64,000 nucleotides of DNA from Thermodesulfobacteriota bacterium (GTDB taxonomy: Bacteria; Desulfobacterota; Desulfobacteria; Desulfobacterales; C00003060): the NCBI GenBank assembly GCA_034189385.1, contig JAXHVD010000005.1, forward strand, positions 1 to 64,000, in the 5' to 3' direction. Positions 21,481 to 33,161 of the stretch are shown here, piece after piece. The translations under genes and the position numbers were made by a program. Position 1 is the first letter of the stretch, and the number at the start of each line of letters is the position of its first letter. Under the pieces are notes generated by a model. That model worked only from the letters and a program-made list of their open reading frames with translations. It did not search any database and was not told the origin of the DNA.

Positions 21481-22217
21481 TCCTCCAGAACCTTTCCTAC
21501 CATGGGCACAAAGACCACGCCTAGTAGGTGCTCCACGTCGTTGCCTTTGGGGATCTTGGTGATCTTGGTAAGCCTTTGATAGTACGTACTGCTTCCCAGG
21601 GGAATGAGAAGACGACCACCCATCTTGAGTTGTTCTATGAGAGGCGGAGGCACATGATTGGCCGCTGCTGTCACCATGATGGCATCAAAGGGGGCCTTGT
21701 CGGGCCATCCCAAATATCCGTCTCCATGCTTTACCTTCACGTCGCTATATCCTAAAGCGTTGAGTCGCTCAGAGGCACTCTTAGCCAAAGGCTTGCTAAT
21801 CTCCATGCTCCAGACCTTATCGGTGAAATGGCTCAGCACGGCTGCCTGATAGCCGGAACCGGTGCCGATTTCCAGGACCTTTTCCCCTGGTTTCACGTCC
21901 AGGATCTGCGTCATGAGGGCCACGATGTAGGGCTGTGAGATGGTCTGCCCCTCTTCAATAGGAAGGGGATGGTCGGCATAGGCCTGAGAAGCGTACTCCG
22001 GCATGACAAAGAGATGGCGCTTTACCGTACCCATGACCTCTAAGACCTTGGGATCCGTAATATCCCGGGCCTTGAGCTGGCTTTCCACCATACGTTGGCG
22101 GGCTTGGACATAGGGGTCAGGAGAGGCGGCACGGGTGATGCGTGGAAGGCATGCACATGCTGCTACAAGAAAGATGACTGTGACAATTGCCGGAAGGGCT
22201 GGCCGAAGCCTGGTCAT
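21477..22217 (-). CDS. pcm: Protein-L-isoaspartate O-methyltransferase
   Basis: [38 protein letters not shown]-terminal signal-like segment. Confidence 0.95.
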   Translation of the reverse strand: MTRLRPALPAIVTVIFLVAACACLPRITRAASPDPYVQARQRMVESQLKARDITDPKVLEVMGTVKRHLFVMPEYASQAYADHPLPIEEGQTISQPYIVALMTQILDVKPGEKVLEIGTGSGYQAAVLSHFTDKVWSMEISKPLAKSASERLNALGYSDVKVKHGDGYLGWPDKAPFDAIMVTAAANHVPPPLIEQLKMGGRLLIPLGSSTYYQRLTKITKIPKGNDVEHLLGVVFVPMVGKVLED

Positions 22218-22709
22218 TTGGTTTCTCAGAGGCCTATCGCCGGTAAAGGGCGAGGTTATTCAAGAAGCCAACGCAGAGTCCTAATCACAGCCAGTAGATA
22301 ACATGATGAGGCGGGCATAGACAAAAGAAAAATAGCATAGAATCTTCATCAGGGGTGATCGAAATAAGGGCCATCTGTGTAGGACGGCTACATGGTGTGA
22401 AAAAGGCCTTCATGGGAGAGACATAGAGGTCCTGACGAGGTACACATGATCCCGATATGGGCTATCATTCTCGGCTTGGCTGTATTCCCTTGACACAGGC
22501 CTCTGCGTTTCCTATGTTCCTCACACCAAAGAGGAGAGACCTTAGCACAACCCCATCCCACTTGGTTCTATGGGCTTTTTGATCCGCCAGGTCCGACCAC
22601 TCATCCCGACGGAGTCGGGAATGGGTATCCTAAGAAGGTCACAAGGAACGTTCGAAAGAGTGATAAAAGGGTCTCAGAGCTCCTTAATCCGTTACAATAG
22701 GGTAATGTC

Positions 22710-23216
22710 ATGGCCATTGAACAAACGCTAGTGTTAATCAAACCTGATGGTTTGAAGAAGTCTCTTACGGGCAACATCCTCACCCGCCTTTCCGAGACCC
22801 GTCTGGAGATTGCCGGGGCAAGAGTGGTTCGAGTCACAAAGGAATTGGCTGAAGAGCATTATAGGAGTTTGAAAGGCCAGCCGTTTTTTCAGGAACTGAT
22901 AGACTATATTACAGGTGAGTACCACGAGAGAAGAAAAGTCCTTGCCCTGGTTTACCACGGAGAGGATGCTATCCAGAAGGTCAGGACCATCTGTGGCGCC
23001 ACAAATCCTGAGGAGGCTGAACCTTCGTCCATCCGTGGTGCCTACGGAAGGATTACGACCTCGGGGATCTACGAAAACGCCATTCATGCCTCAGCCAATG
23101 TGGAAGATGCCGAAAGAGAGATTAAGCTCTGGTTTGGCCCAGATGAATTGGTCTATCATATCTATCCCGTGAAAGAGACTGAGATGGAACGGGTACAAAA
23201 GACTGTGTGGACCTGA
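22710..23216 (+). CDS. ndk: Nucleoside diphosphate kinase (divergent, longer paralog)
   Basis: TLVLIKPDG, GATNPEEA..SIRG, ENAIHASA. Confidence 0.9.
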   Translation: MAIEQTLVLIKPDGLKKSLTGNILTRLSETRLEIAGARVVRVTKELAEEHYRSLKGQPFFQELIDYITGEYHERRKVLALVYHGEDAIQKVRTICGATNPEEAEPSSIRGAYGRITTSGIYENAIHASANVEDAEREIKLWFGPDELVYHIYPVKETEMERVQKTVWT

Positions 23217-23456
23217 TTCTGTTTCCCCGCCCAATCATTTCTGCCTCCTTGATTTCTCCTTGTGTTTCTGTTAGGGAGCCTGCTGTATTTCCAATAAGAA
23301 CATAGAAGGGAGACCTTTGCGCAACCTCTTCTCGTTTGTTCCCATAGGCTTTTTGATCCGCCAAGGCGGACCGTTCACTTCGTCGGGATGGGTGCCCCAA
23401 AAAGCTTATGGTGGTCGCTCGAAGTAGTTCTGCAAAGTTCTTGAAAGGGTGTGTCC

Positions 23457-23879
23457 ATGAAGGAAAGGACTTTGTCCATTGTCAAGCCCGATGGTGTTCA
23501 AAGGGGTCTTGTTGGAGAGGTGACCAGAAGGTTTGAGGAGGCCGGGTTCAGGCTTGTTGCGGTGAAGATGGTTCACCTGTCCAAGAAAGAGGCCGAGGGT
23601 TTTTACCACGAGCATATAGGGCGCTCTTATTTCGAAGGCTTCATCGACTTTATGATCTCAGGCCCTTCAGTGGTTATGGTGCTTGAAGGGGAGAACGTGA
23701 TTGCCAGAATCCGTGAACTCATGGGCGCCACGGATCCCAAGAACGCGGCTGAAGGGACCATACGCAAAGATTTTGCCACAGACGGCAGAAGAAATGTGGT
23801 TCACGGGTCCGACGCCCCTGATACGGCGGTATTTGAGATTGGCTACTTCTTCAATGCCCTTGAGCTGATGAGCACGTAA
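23457..23879 (+). CDS. ndk: Nucleoside diphosphate kinase (canonical)
   Basis: ERTLSIVKPDGVQRGLVGE, RNVVHGSD. Confidence 0.96.
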   Translation: MKERTLSIVKPDGVQRGLVGEVTRRFEEAGFRLVAVKMVHLSKKEAEGFYHEHIGRSYFEGFIDFMISGPSVVMVLEGENVIARIRELMGATDPKNAAEGTIRKDFATDGRRNVVHGSDAPDTAVFEIGYFFNALELMST

Positions 23880-23911
23880 CCGTGCCGTTGATGAGGTAGA
23901 AACCGATATTG

Positions 23912-24202
23912 ACCGCAGATGCTGAGAGCGCAGAGTCTGTTTTTCTTCATGTTTTTCCGGTGAGACGCCGGGAAACATGAGTAAGAAGCCATTGCCTATG
24001 ACGAACGGAACCATGCAGAGGGCCTGGAATCTTATGCTATTTTCAACTTGTTAGACTAGAAAACCGTAGATGCTTGTTCATTCTGCCCGAGGGGCAAGTT
24101 GCCTTTTGCTTTTCAGCGTCTCAGCGAAAAGTAAAAAAATGGGTTTCTTTGCGTCCTTTGCGCCTCAAGGGAGTCCCGATGGAATCGGGACGAACGGGCG
24201 GT
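23912..24202. repeat. Imperfect-inverted-repeat intergenic element (MITE-like)
   Basis: Left ACCGC..GCGCAGAG..TTTTT..TGAGACG pairs with right CGTCTCA..AAAAA..CTTTGCGT..GCGGT. Confidence 0.5.
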
Positions 24203-24264
24203 GAGTCTCTTGTATACTTATCAATGACCTGATGACCCGGTGTAGTTGCAGGACCGATGACACG

Positions 24265-25011
24265 ATGACCACGGCTGAAGGCGTAAATCTGGAAAACATT
24301 GCCATTGTCCTTCACCGGCCCAGGTATCCTGAAAACATCGGGGCCTCTGCCCGTGTGGCACGGAACATGGGTGTCAGCCGACTCATTGTGGTAGACCCGC
24401 GGGATTGCGATCTGACACGTGTCCTTAAGATGGCCACGCACTTTGCCGCAGACCTTGTGGAGGCCATGGAGGTATTCGAAGACCTGGAAACCGCCCTGGG
24501 CCCCTTCCAATACGTGGTAGGCACAACAGCCCGTGCAGGGGGCAAGAGGGCCACTACCGCACAGCCCAGAAAACTTGCCCAAGAACTGATTCCCATCTCT
24601 CAAAAAAACCGTGTTGCCCTGGTCTTTGGGCCTGAAAACACCGGCCTTACCAATGCCGAACTGCGCCTCTGTCACGTAGTAGTGACCATACCCACGGCAG
24701 AATTTGCATCCTTGAACCTGGCCCAGGCAGTGATGGTCCTTTGTTACGAGGTGTTTCTGGCAAGCCGGCAAAGGGGAGAGGGCTTCATCCCCAGATTGGC
24801 CACCAGCCAAGAGCTTGAGGCCATGTACGAACAACTGAAGGAGACCTTGGTCAATATCGACTTTATTAACCGCGAAAATCCCGACTATTGGATGCAGTAT
24901 GTCCGAAGGTTCTTTGCCCGATCCGGCATGCGGGCACGGGAAGTCAAGATGATCAGGGGGATGTGCCGCCAGATCGAGTGGTACGGCTCTAGGAGATCGA
25001 AAGACTCTTAG
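24265..25011 (+). CDS. TrmJ/LasT-type SPOUT RNA methyltransferase
   Basis: PENIGASARVARNMG, VFGPENTGLTNAEL, SLNLAQAV. Confidence 0.92.
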   Translation: MTTAEGVNLENIAIVLHRPRYPENIGASARVARNMGVSRLIVVDPRDCDLTRVLKMATHFAADLVEAMEVFEDLETALGPFQYVVGTTARAGGKRATTAQPRKLAQELIPISQKNRVALVFGPENTGLTNAELRLCHVVVTIPTAEFASLNLAQAVMVLCYEVFLASRQRGEGFIPRLATSQELEAMYEQLKETLVNIDFINRENPDYWMQYVRRFFARSGMRAREVKMIRGMCRQIEWYGSRRSKDS

Positions 25012-25021
25012 GCCGAGAACG

Positions 25022-25837
25022 TCAACTGCGGAGAAAAATGCCTGCGCCGAACCTTCCTGTCCTTGCCTTTTCGTGTCGATAAGAAAAGAACAGCTTCGGA
25101 TGATCGCAGGTGCATATTTGTGCCTTTTCTATGTTTTTTTCAGGAATCCCGGCTCGGATAAGCTGTGTCAGGTTGGCCGTCCACAAGTCAAAGCACTTCT
25201 TGCCGGATGAAGTATCCGTTCTGACATAGTCCTTTCCGCTTCCAAATACACGCTCCACCTGAGAGACGATCTCTAGGCCCACTTCATAGCAACAGGGGCC
25301 AATGGATGGCCCAATGGCGGCCACCATATCTTGGGGAGAAGAGTTGAAGTCTTTTTGGAAAACGTACACGATTTTTTGGGCGATGGACTGAAGGGTTCCC
25401 CTCCATCCTGCATGGGCCACTCCAACCACCCCCTTGACAGGATCATACAGAAGAATGGGCACACAATCGGCCAGGAAAATCATGAGACAGATCCCTGGAA
25501 CGCGGGTCACCATGGCATCTGTGGCATCGATGGCCCCTTTGTAGTCGGTAGCTCCGCTGCCTCGGAGTGATTCAGAGACCATCCTCACCTGAGAGTCGTG
25601 AATCTGTTTTGCAGTAGTCAGGTGAGAAAGGGGGATCTCGAGGGCCTCGGCAAGTCGTTGGCGGTTTTTCAGAACCTTCTGAGGGTCATCGCCCACGTTA
25701 AACGATAGGTTCAAGGAGGCATAGGGCGGACGGCTGCAGCCGCCCATGCGAGAGGACACAAAGTGGCCGATCTCGTCATATCTAGAGAGGTTTTCAAAGG
25801 ACCACAAGGAGAGTCCGTTTTTTTGTTCTTCGATCAT
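25022..25837 (-). CDS. pgeF: Peptidoglycan editing factor / purine nucleoside phosphorylase YfiH
   Basis: SLNL, QIH, ADCVPILL, HAGWRG, GPSIGPCCYEVG, FFSYR. Confidence 0.93.
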   Translation of the reverse strand: MIEEQKNGLSLWSFENLSRYDEIGHFVSSRMGGCSRPPYASLNLSFNVGDDPQKVLKNRQRLAEALEIPLSHLTTAKQIHDSQVRMVSESLRGSGATDYKGAIDATDAMVTRVPGICLMIFLADCVPILLYDPVKGVVGVAHAGWRGTLQSIAQKIVYVFQKDFNSSPQDMVAAIGPSIGPCCYEVGLEIVSQVERVFGSGKDYVRTDTSSGKKCFDLWTANLTQLIRAGIPEKNIEKAQICTCDHPKLFFSYRHEKARTGRFGAGIFLRS

Positions 25838-26233
25838 GACCGACCTGCCACGGAAAAGGGGGGCAGTCTAGAGAGGGTTCAACTTTCTGGTCTGGACGGA
25901 TCTAACGCGTTCTTGCGCGGCACGCAACCGGTTATTGTGCAAGGGTGTGTGAGAAGTATGTTAGCACGCGCAGGCAACTGGACCTGCCATGCTGGATAAC
26001 CTATTGATTTTAAATAAACCATGTGGCTCAGTCACGTTCCTTTATCGCGTTTTTCCGCAAAAATAGTCCTTGACAACATTATGATTAGTACATATATGCA
26101 CCTACCTTCAACACAGTGGCTGCCTGTGAAGCTAGTTCCCCCTTCTGTTGTGAAATGAGGGGGTTTTTTTATTTGAAGCAGACCCCAAGTGGTTTGCACA
26201 AGACTTTCTAATAGACCATTAGGGAAGAGCACC

Positions 26234-28324
26234 ATGAAAAACGGTACTGCAATTGAAAAGGTGAGAAACATCGGCATTAGTGCCCATATTGATGCCGGAA
26301 AGACGACGCTTACGGAGCGTATCCTCTTCTATACGAGAAGGATACATGCCATCCACGACGTAAAAGGAAAAGACGGTGTTGGCGCCACCATGGACTTCAT
26401 GGAGCTTGAAAAAGAGCGCGGCATCACCATCACCTCAGCTGCCACGTACTGTGAATGGCAGGGTCATGAGATCAACATCATAGATACCCCTGGCCATGTG
26501 GATTTTACCATAGAGGTGGAACGGTCCCTCAGGGTACTCGATGGCGGGGTGTTGGTCCTGTGTTCTGTTGGAGGTGTTCAGTCCCAGACCATTACCGTTG
26601 ACCAACAGATGGCCAGATACAAGGTCCCGTGTATTGCCTTCATCAACAAGCTGGATCGAAGCGGGGCCAACCCCTTCCGTATCATTGATCAGCTTCAAGA
26701 AAAACTCGGGCACAATGCCTGGGCCATGCAGATTCCCATTGGCCTTGAGGCAGATTTCAGTGGTGTGGTGGATCTGGTTGCCATGAAGGCCATCTATTTT
26801 GACGGGGAGAGCGGAGAAGTTGTGCGCACCGAAGAGATACCCGAGGATTTCCTTGCAGAGGCCGAAAGCAGGCGGGAGGAACTCATTGATGCCGCCTCCA
26901 TGTTCTCAGATGAACTCACAGAGGCCGCCCTTGAAGGCGAGGTGACAGAGGATCTGCTTATTCAGGCTATCCGCAAGGGGACTTTGACCCGTGAAATGAC
27001 CCCGGTTCTGATGGGATCGGCTTACAAGAACAAAGGGGTTCAGTCCCTCCTTGATGCCGTCACAGCATATCTGCCCTGCCCGACCGATATGGCGAGTGAG
27101 GCGCTAGATACTTCAAATGATGAGGCACCGGTCCTCCTTTCTTCTGATCCAAAGGAACCCCTAGTGGCACTGGCATTCAAGTTGGAGGACGGACCCTATG
27201 GCCAGCTTACATACATACGTGCCTATCAGGGAACCTTGGCAAAGGGCGACACCGTTGTCAACGTTCGTACCGGCAAGAAGGTCAAAGTGGGAAGGGTGAT
27301 CAGGATGCACGCGGACCAGATGGAAGACATCGACGTCATGCCTGCAGGATATATTGGTGCCCTTTTTGGTGTGGAGTGTGCCTCCGGTGATACCTTTGTA
27401 TCTCCTGGCATCACCTTGACGATGACGTCCATGCACGTGCCGGACCCTGTCATCTCTCTTGCCATTGTCCCAAAGGATAACAAGGCAGAGATTAACATGT
27501 CCAAGGCCCTCGGCCGTTTTACAAAAGAGGACCCCACCTTTAGAACCTATGTGAGCAACGAAACAGGGGACACGATCATTTCCGGCATGGGAGAGTTGCA
27601 CCTCGAGGTCTATCTGGAGCGGATGCGTCGAGAATACAACGCTGAGGTGACCACGGGCATGCCTCGTGTGGCCTATAGGGAAACCATCACTGCCAAGGCC
27701 GAGTTCAACTATACCCATAAGAAACAGACTGGTGGCGCAGGACAGTTTGGCAGGGTGGCGGGTTACATGGAACCATTGACGGATGAGCATTTCGTATTTG
27801 AAAACAAGGTCGTTGGAGGCGCCATCCCAACCCAATTCATCTCTGCCGTTGAGAAGGGTTTCAAGCAATGCCTCGACAAGGGGCCTAAGATGGAATTCCC
27901 GGTTACGGGCATCCAGGTGGTTGTCAACGACGGGGCCTCCCATTCTGTTGACTCTTCTGATATGGCCTTCCAGGCCGCCGCTCGGGGTGCCTTCCTGGAG
28001 GGGTATGCCAAGGCCAAAGCGGTCATTCAAGAACCGATCATGAAAGTGGTCGTGGAAACGCCCACTGAGTTTCAGGGCGCTGTCATGGGGTCTTTGAATC
28101 AACGCCGCGGAATGATTGTAGGTACACAGGATGAAGGCCCCATGTGTACTATTGAAGGCCAGGTTCCCCTTGCAGAGATGTTTGGCTATTCCACGGTTCT
28201 CAGGTCGGCTACCCAAGGCAAGGCCCAGTTTACCATGGAGTTTTTCACTTACAGGCAGGTGCCAAAGGGGATTACGGATGAGCTGGTCAAAAAGGCCGCA
28301 GCAGGTAAAGAGAACGTGGCGTAA
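26234..28324 (+). CDS. fusA: Elongation factor G (stand-alone, spdEFG1/mtEFG1-like)
   Basis: [39 protein letters not shown] insert; not in the str operon. Confidence 0.97.
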   Translation: MKNGTAIEKVRNIGISAHIDAGKTTLTERILFYTRRIHAIHDVKGKDGVGATMDFMELEKERGITITSAATYCEWQGHEINIIDTPGHVDFTIEVERSLRVLDGGVLVLCSVGGVQSQTITVDQQMARYKVPCIAFINKLDRSGANPFRIIDQLQEKLGHNAWAMQIPIGLEADFSGVVDLVAMKAIYFDGESGEVVRTEEIPEDFLAEAESRREELIDAASMFSDELTEAALEGEVTEDLLIQAIRKGTLTREMTPVLMGSAYKNKGVQSLLDAVTAYLPCPTDMASEALDTSNDEAPVLLSSDPKEPLVALAFKLEDGPYGQLTYIRAYQGTLAKGDTVVNVRTGKKVKVGRVIRMHADQMEDIDVMPAGYIGALFGVECASGDTFVSPGITLTMTSMHVPDPVISLAIVPKDNKAEINMSKALGRFTKEDPTFRTYVSNETGDTIISGMGELHLEVYLERMRREYNAEVTTGMPRVAYRETITAKAEFNYTHKKQTGGAGQFGRVAGYMEPLTDEHFVFENKVVGGAIPTQFISAVEKGFKQCLDKGPKMEFPVTGIQVVVNDGASHSVDSSDMAFQAAARGAFLEGYAKAKAVIQEPIMKVVVETPTEFQGAVMGSLNQRRGMIVGTQDEGPMCTIEGQVPLAEMFGYSTVLRSATQGKAQFTMEFFTYRQVPKGITDELVKKAAAGKENVA

Positions 28325-28548
28325 TGATAAGTTGCGAGTTAGGCGTTCCGAGTTAGGAGTTGGGGGGATACAGTGGTATGATGAAAGGGACTGAGGGACT
28401 GGACGGTATGAGGAAGCGCATGTCTCGCAACAGCGTCGGGCCCTCGAAAGATGTATTCTCTGCAAGTCGCCAGCTTGAACGCGCAACTCGTGGCCTACAA
28501 TCCGGAAGGGGCAAAAAAGTCATTTACCTCAAAGACAGGGATTACTAC

Positions 28549-29250
28549 ATGCTAGAAAAAGACCTTATACTACGCAATCCATTGAGACTCATGGGACAGG
28601 AGACTGAAGACATCCTTCCTGAAGGAGGCTTTGGCGCTGTGCTGGCCCGGGCCGGTGTGGGCAAAACAGCCTTTTTGGTCCAGCTTGCCTTGAACAGCAT
28701 GTTAAAGAGCAAGAATGTGGTCCATATTAGCCTGGACGACCCTGTAAAGAAGGTTTGTCTTTGGTATGAAGAGGTTGTCCGAAATATTGCAGATCAATAC
28801 CATGTCAAGCAGATGGACCAGCTATGGGAGGCCATACTCCAACACAGGTTCGTCATGACCTTCAAGGTCGAGAGCTTTAGCGTCCCGAAGCTGGAGGAGA
28901 GGCTGACCGATCTCACAGAGCAGGGCATATTCTACCCTCAGATGATCCTCATTGATGGCCTTCCCGTTGATGAAGAAGCAGGAAAGACCCTTTCCGATCT
29001 CAAGGCCCTTGCCAAGAGAGATTCAATCCCAGTCTGGTTTGCTATACGGACCCACCGACATGAAGATCCGGGGGCAGATGGCATGCCGCCGCAGCTTTCG
29101 GGATTCGCAGATCTCTTTGAAGTCGTCATACAACTTCAGCCTGTGGAGAAGGAGATCCATGTGAGGGCTTTGAAGGGGGCGATCCCACCTTCTGGTCAAC
29201 CCCCATTGCTCTTGGACCCCTCCACCATGTTGGTGAAAGACAAGAAGTAG
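28549..29250 (+). CDS. RecA/KaiC-like P-loop protein
   Basis: ARAGVGKT Walker A, ILIDG Walker B; downstream of fusA. Confidence 0.8.
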   Translation: MLEKDLILRNPLRLMGQETEDILPEGGFGAVLARAGVGKTAFLVQLALNSMLKSKNVVHISLDDPVKKVCLWYEEVVRNIADQYHVKQMDQLWEAILQHRFVMTFKVESFSVPKLEERLTDLTEQGIFYPQMILIDGLPVDEEAGKTLSDLKALAKRDSIPVWFAIRTHRHEDPGADGMPPQLSGFADLFEVVIQLQPVEKEIHVRALKGAIPPSGQPPLLLDPSTMLVKDKK

Positions 29251-29612
29251 GCCCTGAACGAAAGAGGCGCCCGAGAGGAATGCTGTCTACCTAAGGCAAC
29301 CTCTTCGGGCGGACATCAAGCCTATCCTCACGTACGCTGACACACCCATCGCCTTTCATTCCAAGACCCCCCGGTTATCCACCAAGGGGTGCACCGATAG
29401 CAGCCCTTGCCGCCAGACCGCACAAAAGAAGATTCACATTTCACAAAGTCTGGGGTAGCATCCTGAGAGCTTTGCATCACTGCTTTGAGGGGCCATGACA
29501 GGCTTTTGGGGGAACCCATTCCGGCGAAGTTCACCCCGTGAGGGTTCCCTTCGGTAAATTTGACGGGGCACGGGGCCCACGTCAGTGGGTCAATCCTATA
29601 CTGTGTGAGGCC

Positions 29613-30956
29613 ATGACGAAAGAGAAGAAGGCCATCTGGGGGTGGGCCATGTATGACTGGGCAAATTCTGCTTTTGCTACCACCGTCATGGCCGGATTCT
29701 TTCCCCTTTTCTTTAAACAGTACTGGAGCCATGGCGGTGACGTGAATATGACTACTGCGAAACTGGGGCTCGGTAACTCTGCGGCCAGCCTGTTTGTGGC
29801 ATTGATGGCGCCTGTCCTAGGCGCCATGGCAGACAGGGGATCGGCAAGGAAAAGGTTCATGGTTGGTTTTGCCTACCTGGGCGTTCTCACAACAGCGGCT
29901 CTCTTTGTCATAGAAAGGGGCCAATGGCCATGGGCCATATTTTTTTACGTCATGGGGATTATCGGATTTTCAGGGGCAAATATATTCTACGACGCCTTGC
30001 TCCCAGTCGTAGCAGATCAAGAAAACATTGACTATGTGTCAGGTCTTGGGTTTTCCATGGGGTATCTTGGTGGGGGACTTTTGTTTTTGCTAAATGTGTT
30101 GATGACACTCATGCCAGAGAGATTCGGCTTGCCGGACGGAGAAATGGCTGTGCGTTGGGCCTTTATCTCTGTGGCCATATGGTGGGGGGCGTTCACTGTC
30201 TTTGCCATTTGCTGGGTTCCGGAAGAAGGGGTCAAAGAATCTTCCCTTTCGAACGGAAATCTCATGGTGGAAGGGCTCCGACAATTGATCCGAACCTTTA
30301 AGAAGATTCGCCATCTCAAGACTGTTTTTCTCTTCCTCTTAGCCTACTGGTTCTACATCGACGGTGTTGATACCATCGTCCGAATGGCTCTGGATTACGG
30401 CCTGTCTCTGGGGTTTGACTCAAAGGATTTGGTCGTCGCCCTTTTGATTACCCAGTTCGTTGGGTTCCCTGCTGCTTTGGGGTTCGGAAAACTGGGGCAG
30501 AAGTGGGGGGTCCGCAAGTCTATTTACCTTGCCATCGGCGTGTACATGGTTATCACCGCCTGGGGGACCATGATGACCAACAAAGGGGAGTTTTACATTC
30601 TGGCCATGGTCATCGGTTTGGTTCAGGGAGGGATACAGGCACTGAGTCGTTCCTACTATTCACGCCTGATTCCCAAAAACCAAGCGGCTGAATACTATGG
30701 TTTCTACAACATGCTAGGTAAATTTGCCGCTATCCTTGGACCCGTATTAGTGGGCGTGGTGGGGCTGGCCACAAGAAGGATCCTGATGCCGCCTGCGCCT
30801 ACTGCGGAGCAGATGGTCCAGGTGGGTGAACTGGCTGCTCGATGGGGCATCGGGTCTATTTTGGTGCTTTTTCTCATTGGAGGCATCCTTTTATTTTTTG
30901 TGGATGAAGACAAGGCAAAGGCTCAACTGGCCTACCTTTCAGACAGTCATGACTGA
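29613..30956 (+). CDS. MFS transporter (UMF1/ATG22 family)
   Basis: WAMYDWANSAF, GGIQALSRS..SRLIP, ~12 TM segments. Confidence 0.9.
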   Translation: MTKEKKAIWGWAMYDWANSAFATTVMAGFFPLFFKQYWSHGGDVNMTTAKLGLGNSAASLFVALMAPVLGAMADRGSARKRFMVGFAYLGVLTTAALFVIERGQWPWAIFFYVMGIIGFSGANIFYDALLPVVADQENIDYVSGLGFSMGYLGGGLLFLLNVLMTLMPERFGLPDGEMAVRWAFISVAIWWGAFTVFAICWVPEEGVKESSLSNGNLMVEGLRQLIRTFKKIRHLKTVFLFLLAYWFYIDGVDTIVRMALDYGLSLGFDSKDLVVALLITQFVGFPAALGFGKLGQKWGVRKSIYLAIGVYMVITAWGTMMTNKGEFYILAMVIGLVQGGIQALSRSYYSRLIPKNQAAEYYGFYNMLGKFAAILGPVLVGVVGLATRRILMPPAPTAEQMVQVGELAARWGIGSILVLFLIGGILLFFVDEDKAKAQLAYLSDSHD

Positions 30957-31012
30957 AAATTATGGCTCATCATGCACCGGAGACGTGAGCCAGACCTTTC
31001 ATAGGATTTTCA

Positions 31013-31474
31013 GTGAAAGAACAAGAGCACAAGGCGGCGATGATAGATAGGGCTAGAGATTGTGATAACTGTCTGTGCTGGCTGCCGTATTGCGAGGCTG
31101 AATGCTGCAAGGGTTTCCAATGCCCTGTGGGGCCCAATGCCAACATCACCATGAGGGGTGGCATTTTCAGGCTTTCAGTTCCCATGAACCCTGACAAGAA
31201 ATGGTACTTTGAGTTACACGGTGTCCAAGTTGAGGGGAACGTTCTCATCATTCCCCAAAAGCATTGTGTGTTTTCCCCGCGTCTTGTAACTGTCAACCTG
31301 CGATGCAGGCTCTTGACAGAAGACAACCTTTGTGCTGGCCATCCCGACAACAAGCCTGAAATATGCAGGGGGTTGACATGGGAAACAACAAGAAATGCAC
31401 TGCCCATGGGCTCTGAGGCGCCTGAAGGGGGCTATCGCCTTACTCCCAACTGTCTGTTCAACTACAAGAGATGA
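31013..31474 (+). CDS. YkgJ-like cysteine-cluster protein
   Basis: CEAECC, CRLL...LC..H..KPEICR pattern. Confidence 0.7.
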   Translation: MKEQEHKAAMIDRARDCDNCLCWLPYCEAECCKGFQCPVGPNANITMRGGIFRLSVPMNPDKKWYFELHGVQVEGNVLIIPQKHCVFSPRLVTVNLRCRLLTEDNLCAGHPDNKPEICRGLTWETTRNALPMGSEAPEGGYRLTPNCLFNYKR

Positions 31475-32009
31475 GCGCCAACCTGTTAGAAGTCCTGCCG
31501 GAAAATTCCCCTGCTTGTGAATCCGCTTCTTGGGAAGGACCAACGAGCAGTTGATAGAATCATTTGTTTCTCTTCTTCTGACTTCCACCTGAGCAGGATG
31601 CGATCCCGATAGTTTGACGATTGCTTTCATTTCAGGTACATTTCAACAATTAGGCCAATATCCATGGGGGGGCAGGGATGGCCTTCATTCCGTTGCAGGC
31701 AGGGCAGTTCCTTTTTGACAGGCAGTTGCCGACATCAGGATTCCTTTGCCCGGTTCATTGGGCGTTCTTATCCAGCCATCTTTTCAAATCCTGCTGAAGA
31801 GCGGGACTGGGACAACCAGTTGATTTATATAGAAATAGTTCATAACAGGCGCTCCATTTACCTGCGACTAGGTTTACATAAAGAGGAGTATCCCAAGAAG
31901 AGAGCATATTTGAGTGAGGGCGCCTTATGGGACTGACAAAGGCCCCATTGATCGCAAGGAGGCTTTGCTGTCGGGGCCTTATGTACTCTCAGGCCAAGGG
32001 GGTGATCTG

Positions 32010-33161
32010 ATGGCTGAGAGACGAGCAACATATGGGGAGTTGGAACAAAGGGTCAAAGCACTCGAGCAGGAAGCGGCCAAGGGCAAGCGTGTGGAGGCGG
32101 AGCTTCGGGAGAGCGAGGAGAAATACCGCCTTCTCATCGACAACTATGGTGATCCGATCACGGTCTTTGACGACAATGGTGTTCTTACCCTTATAAACAT
32201 TGTAGGGGCCAGGAACTTGGGTGGAACCCCTGAGGAGTTTGTTGGAAAGTCCATGCACCACCTTTTTCCTGAGAATGCCCATGTCCTTATGGAGAGAAAT
32301 CGTCAGGTCATCGAATCTGGAACAGGGCGTGATTTCGAAGACGAATTCCAACTGCCCACGGGGAATCGATGGTTTCTGTCAAACATTCAGCCTGTTAAAG
32401 CCCGTGATGGAAAGACCTTTGGTGTTCAGATTATCTCTCATGACATCACTGAGCGCAAGCTCATGGAAGAGGAGCTGAGAAAGAGCTCTGAGAAGATAAA
32501 AATCTTTGCCTACTCGGTTTCACATGACCTCAAGAGCCCGGCCGTGGGCCTCTATGGCGTCACACGGCTTCTTCACAAACACTACCGACATGTCCTTGAC
32601 GAAAGGGCAAGGAATTATTGTGATCAGATTATGACGGCCGCAGAACAGATTGCAGATCTTGTTTGGAAAATCAATGTCTACATATCGACTAAAGAGTTAC
32701 CGCTGAACGTGACGAGTGTTAAGCTGAAAGAGATACTGCAGATGGTGAAAGACGAATTCTCAGCCCAACTCAATCTCCGCGGAATTCAGTGGATGGAGCC
32801 TGAAAGCATGCCTGAGATCAGGGTTGACAGATTGTCTATCTTGAGGGTGTTAAGGAACCTTGTGGAGAATGCACTGAAGCACGGAGGCGATGGGTTGAGT
32901 GAAATCTGGGCAGGATATGAGAGGTCTGATCAGTTTCATGTCCTTTTAGTAGGCAATAACGGTGTGGGAATAAAGAGCGAAGTCATGGAGAAGATCTTTG
33001 GGCCTTTCCAGCGCCATGAAACACGTGGGGCTGGGGAGGGGGCCGGTCTGGGCCTGGCCATCGTTAAAGAGGTGGCAGAACAGCATGGCGGCAAAGTATG
33101 GGTGAAATCCCGCCCGGGAGAGGGGCCGACTTTTTACATATCCATTTCTAGGGCCTTGTAA
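32010..33161 (+). CDS. Cytoplasmic PAS-domain sensor histidine kinase (orphan)
   Basis: PAS ending HDITERK; H-box SHDLKSP; NLVENALKH; GAGLGLAIV. Confidence 0.92.
   Translation: MAERRATYGELEQRVKALEQEAAKGKRVEAELRESEEKYRLLIDNYGDPITVFDDNGVLTLINIVGARNLGGTPEEFVGKSMHHLFPENAHVLMERNRQVIESGTGRDFEDEFQLPTGNRWFLSNIQPVKARDGKTFGVQIISHDITERKLMEEELRKSSEKIKIFAYSVSHDLKSPAVGLYGVTRLLHKHYRHVLDERARNYCDQIMTAAEQIADLVWKINVYISTKELPLNVTSVKLKEILQMVKDEFSAQLNLRGIQWMEPESMPEIRVDRLSILRVLRNLVENALKHGGDGLSEIWAGYERSDQFHVLLVGNNGVGIKSEVMEKIFGPFQRHETRGAGEGAGLGLAIVKEVAEQHGGKVWVKSRPGEGPTFYISISRAL

Noticed and set aside
26100..26172. Hairpin with T-run upstream of fusA as a riboswitch or sRNA
   Set aside because: Terminator-like stem is present but I recognise no aptamer; needs an Rfam scan
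27161..28486. 441-aa minus-strand ORF and similar antisense ORFs in the track
   Set aside because: Shadow frames of well-conserved genes (here fusA) with no recognisable motifs
32010..33161. PAS histidine kinase as cognate sensor of the bEBP
   Set aside because: The bEBP has no receiver domain, and the kinase is convergent and outside the UAS-marked units
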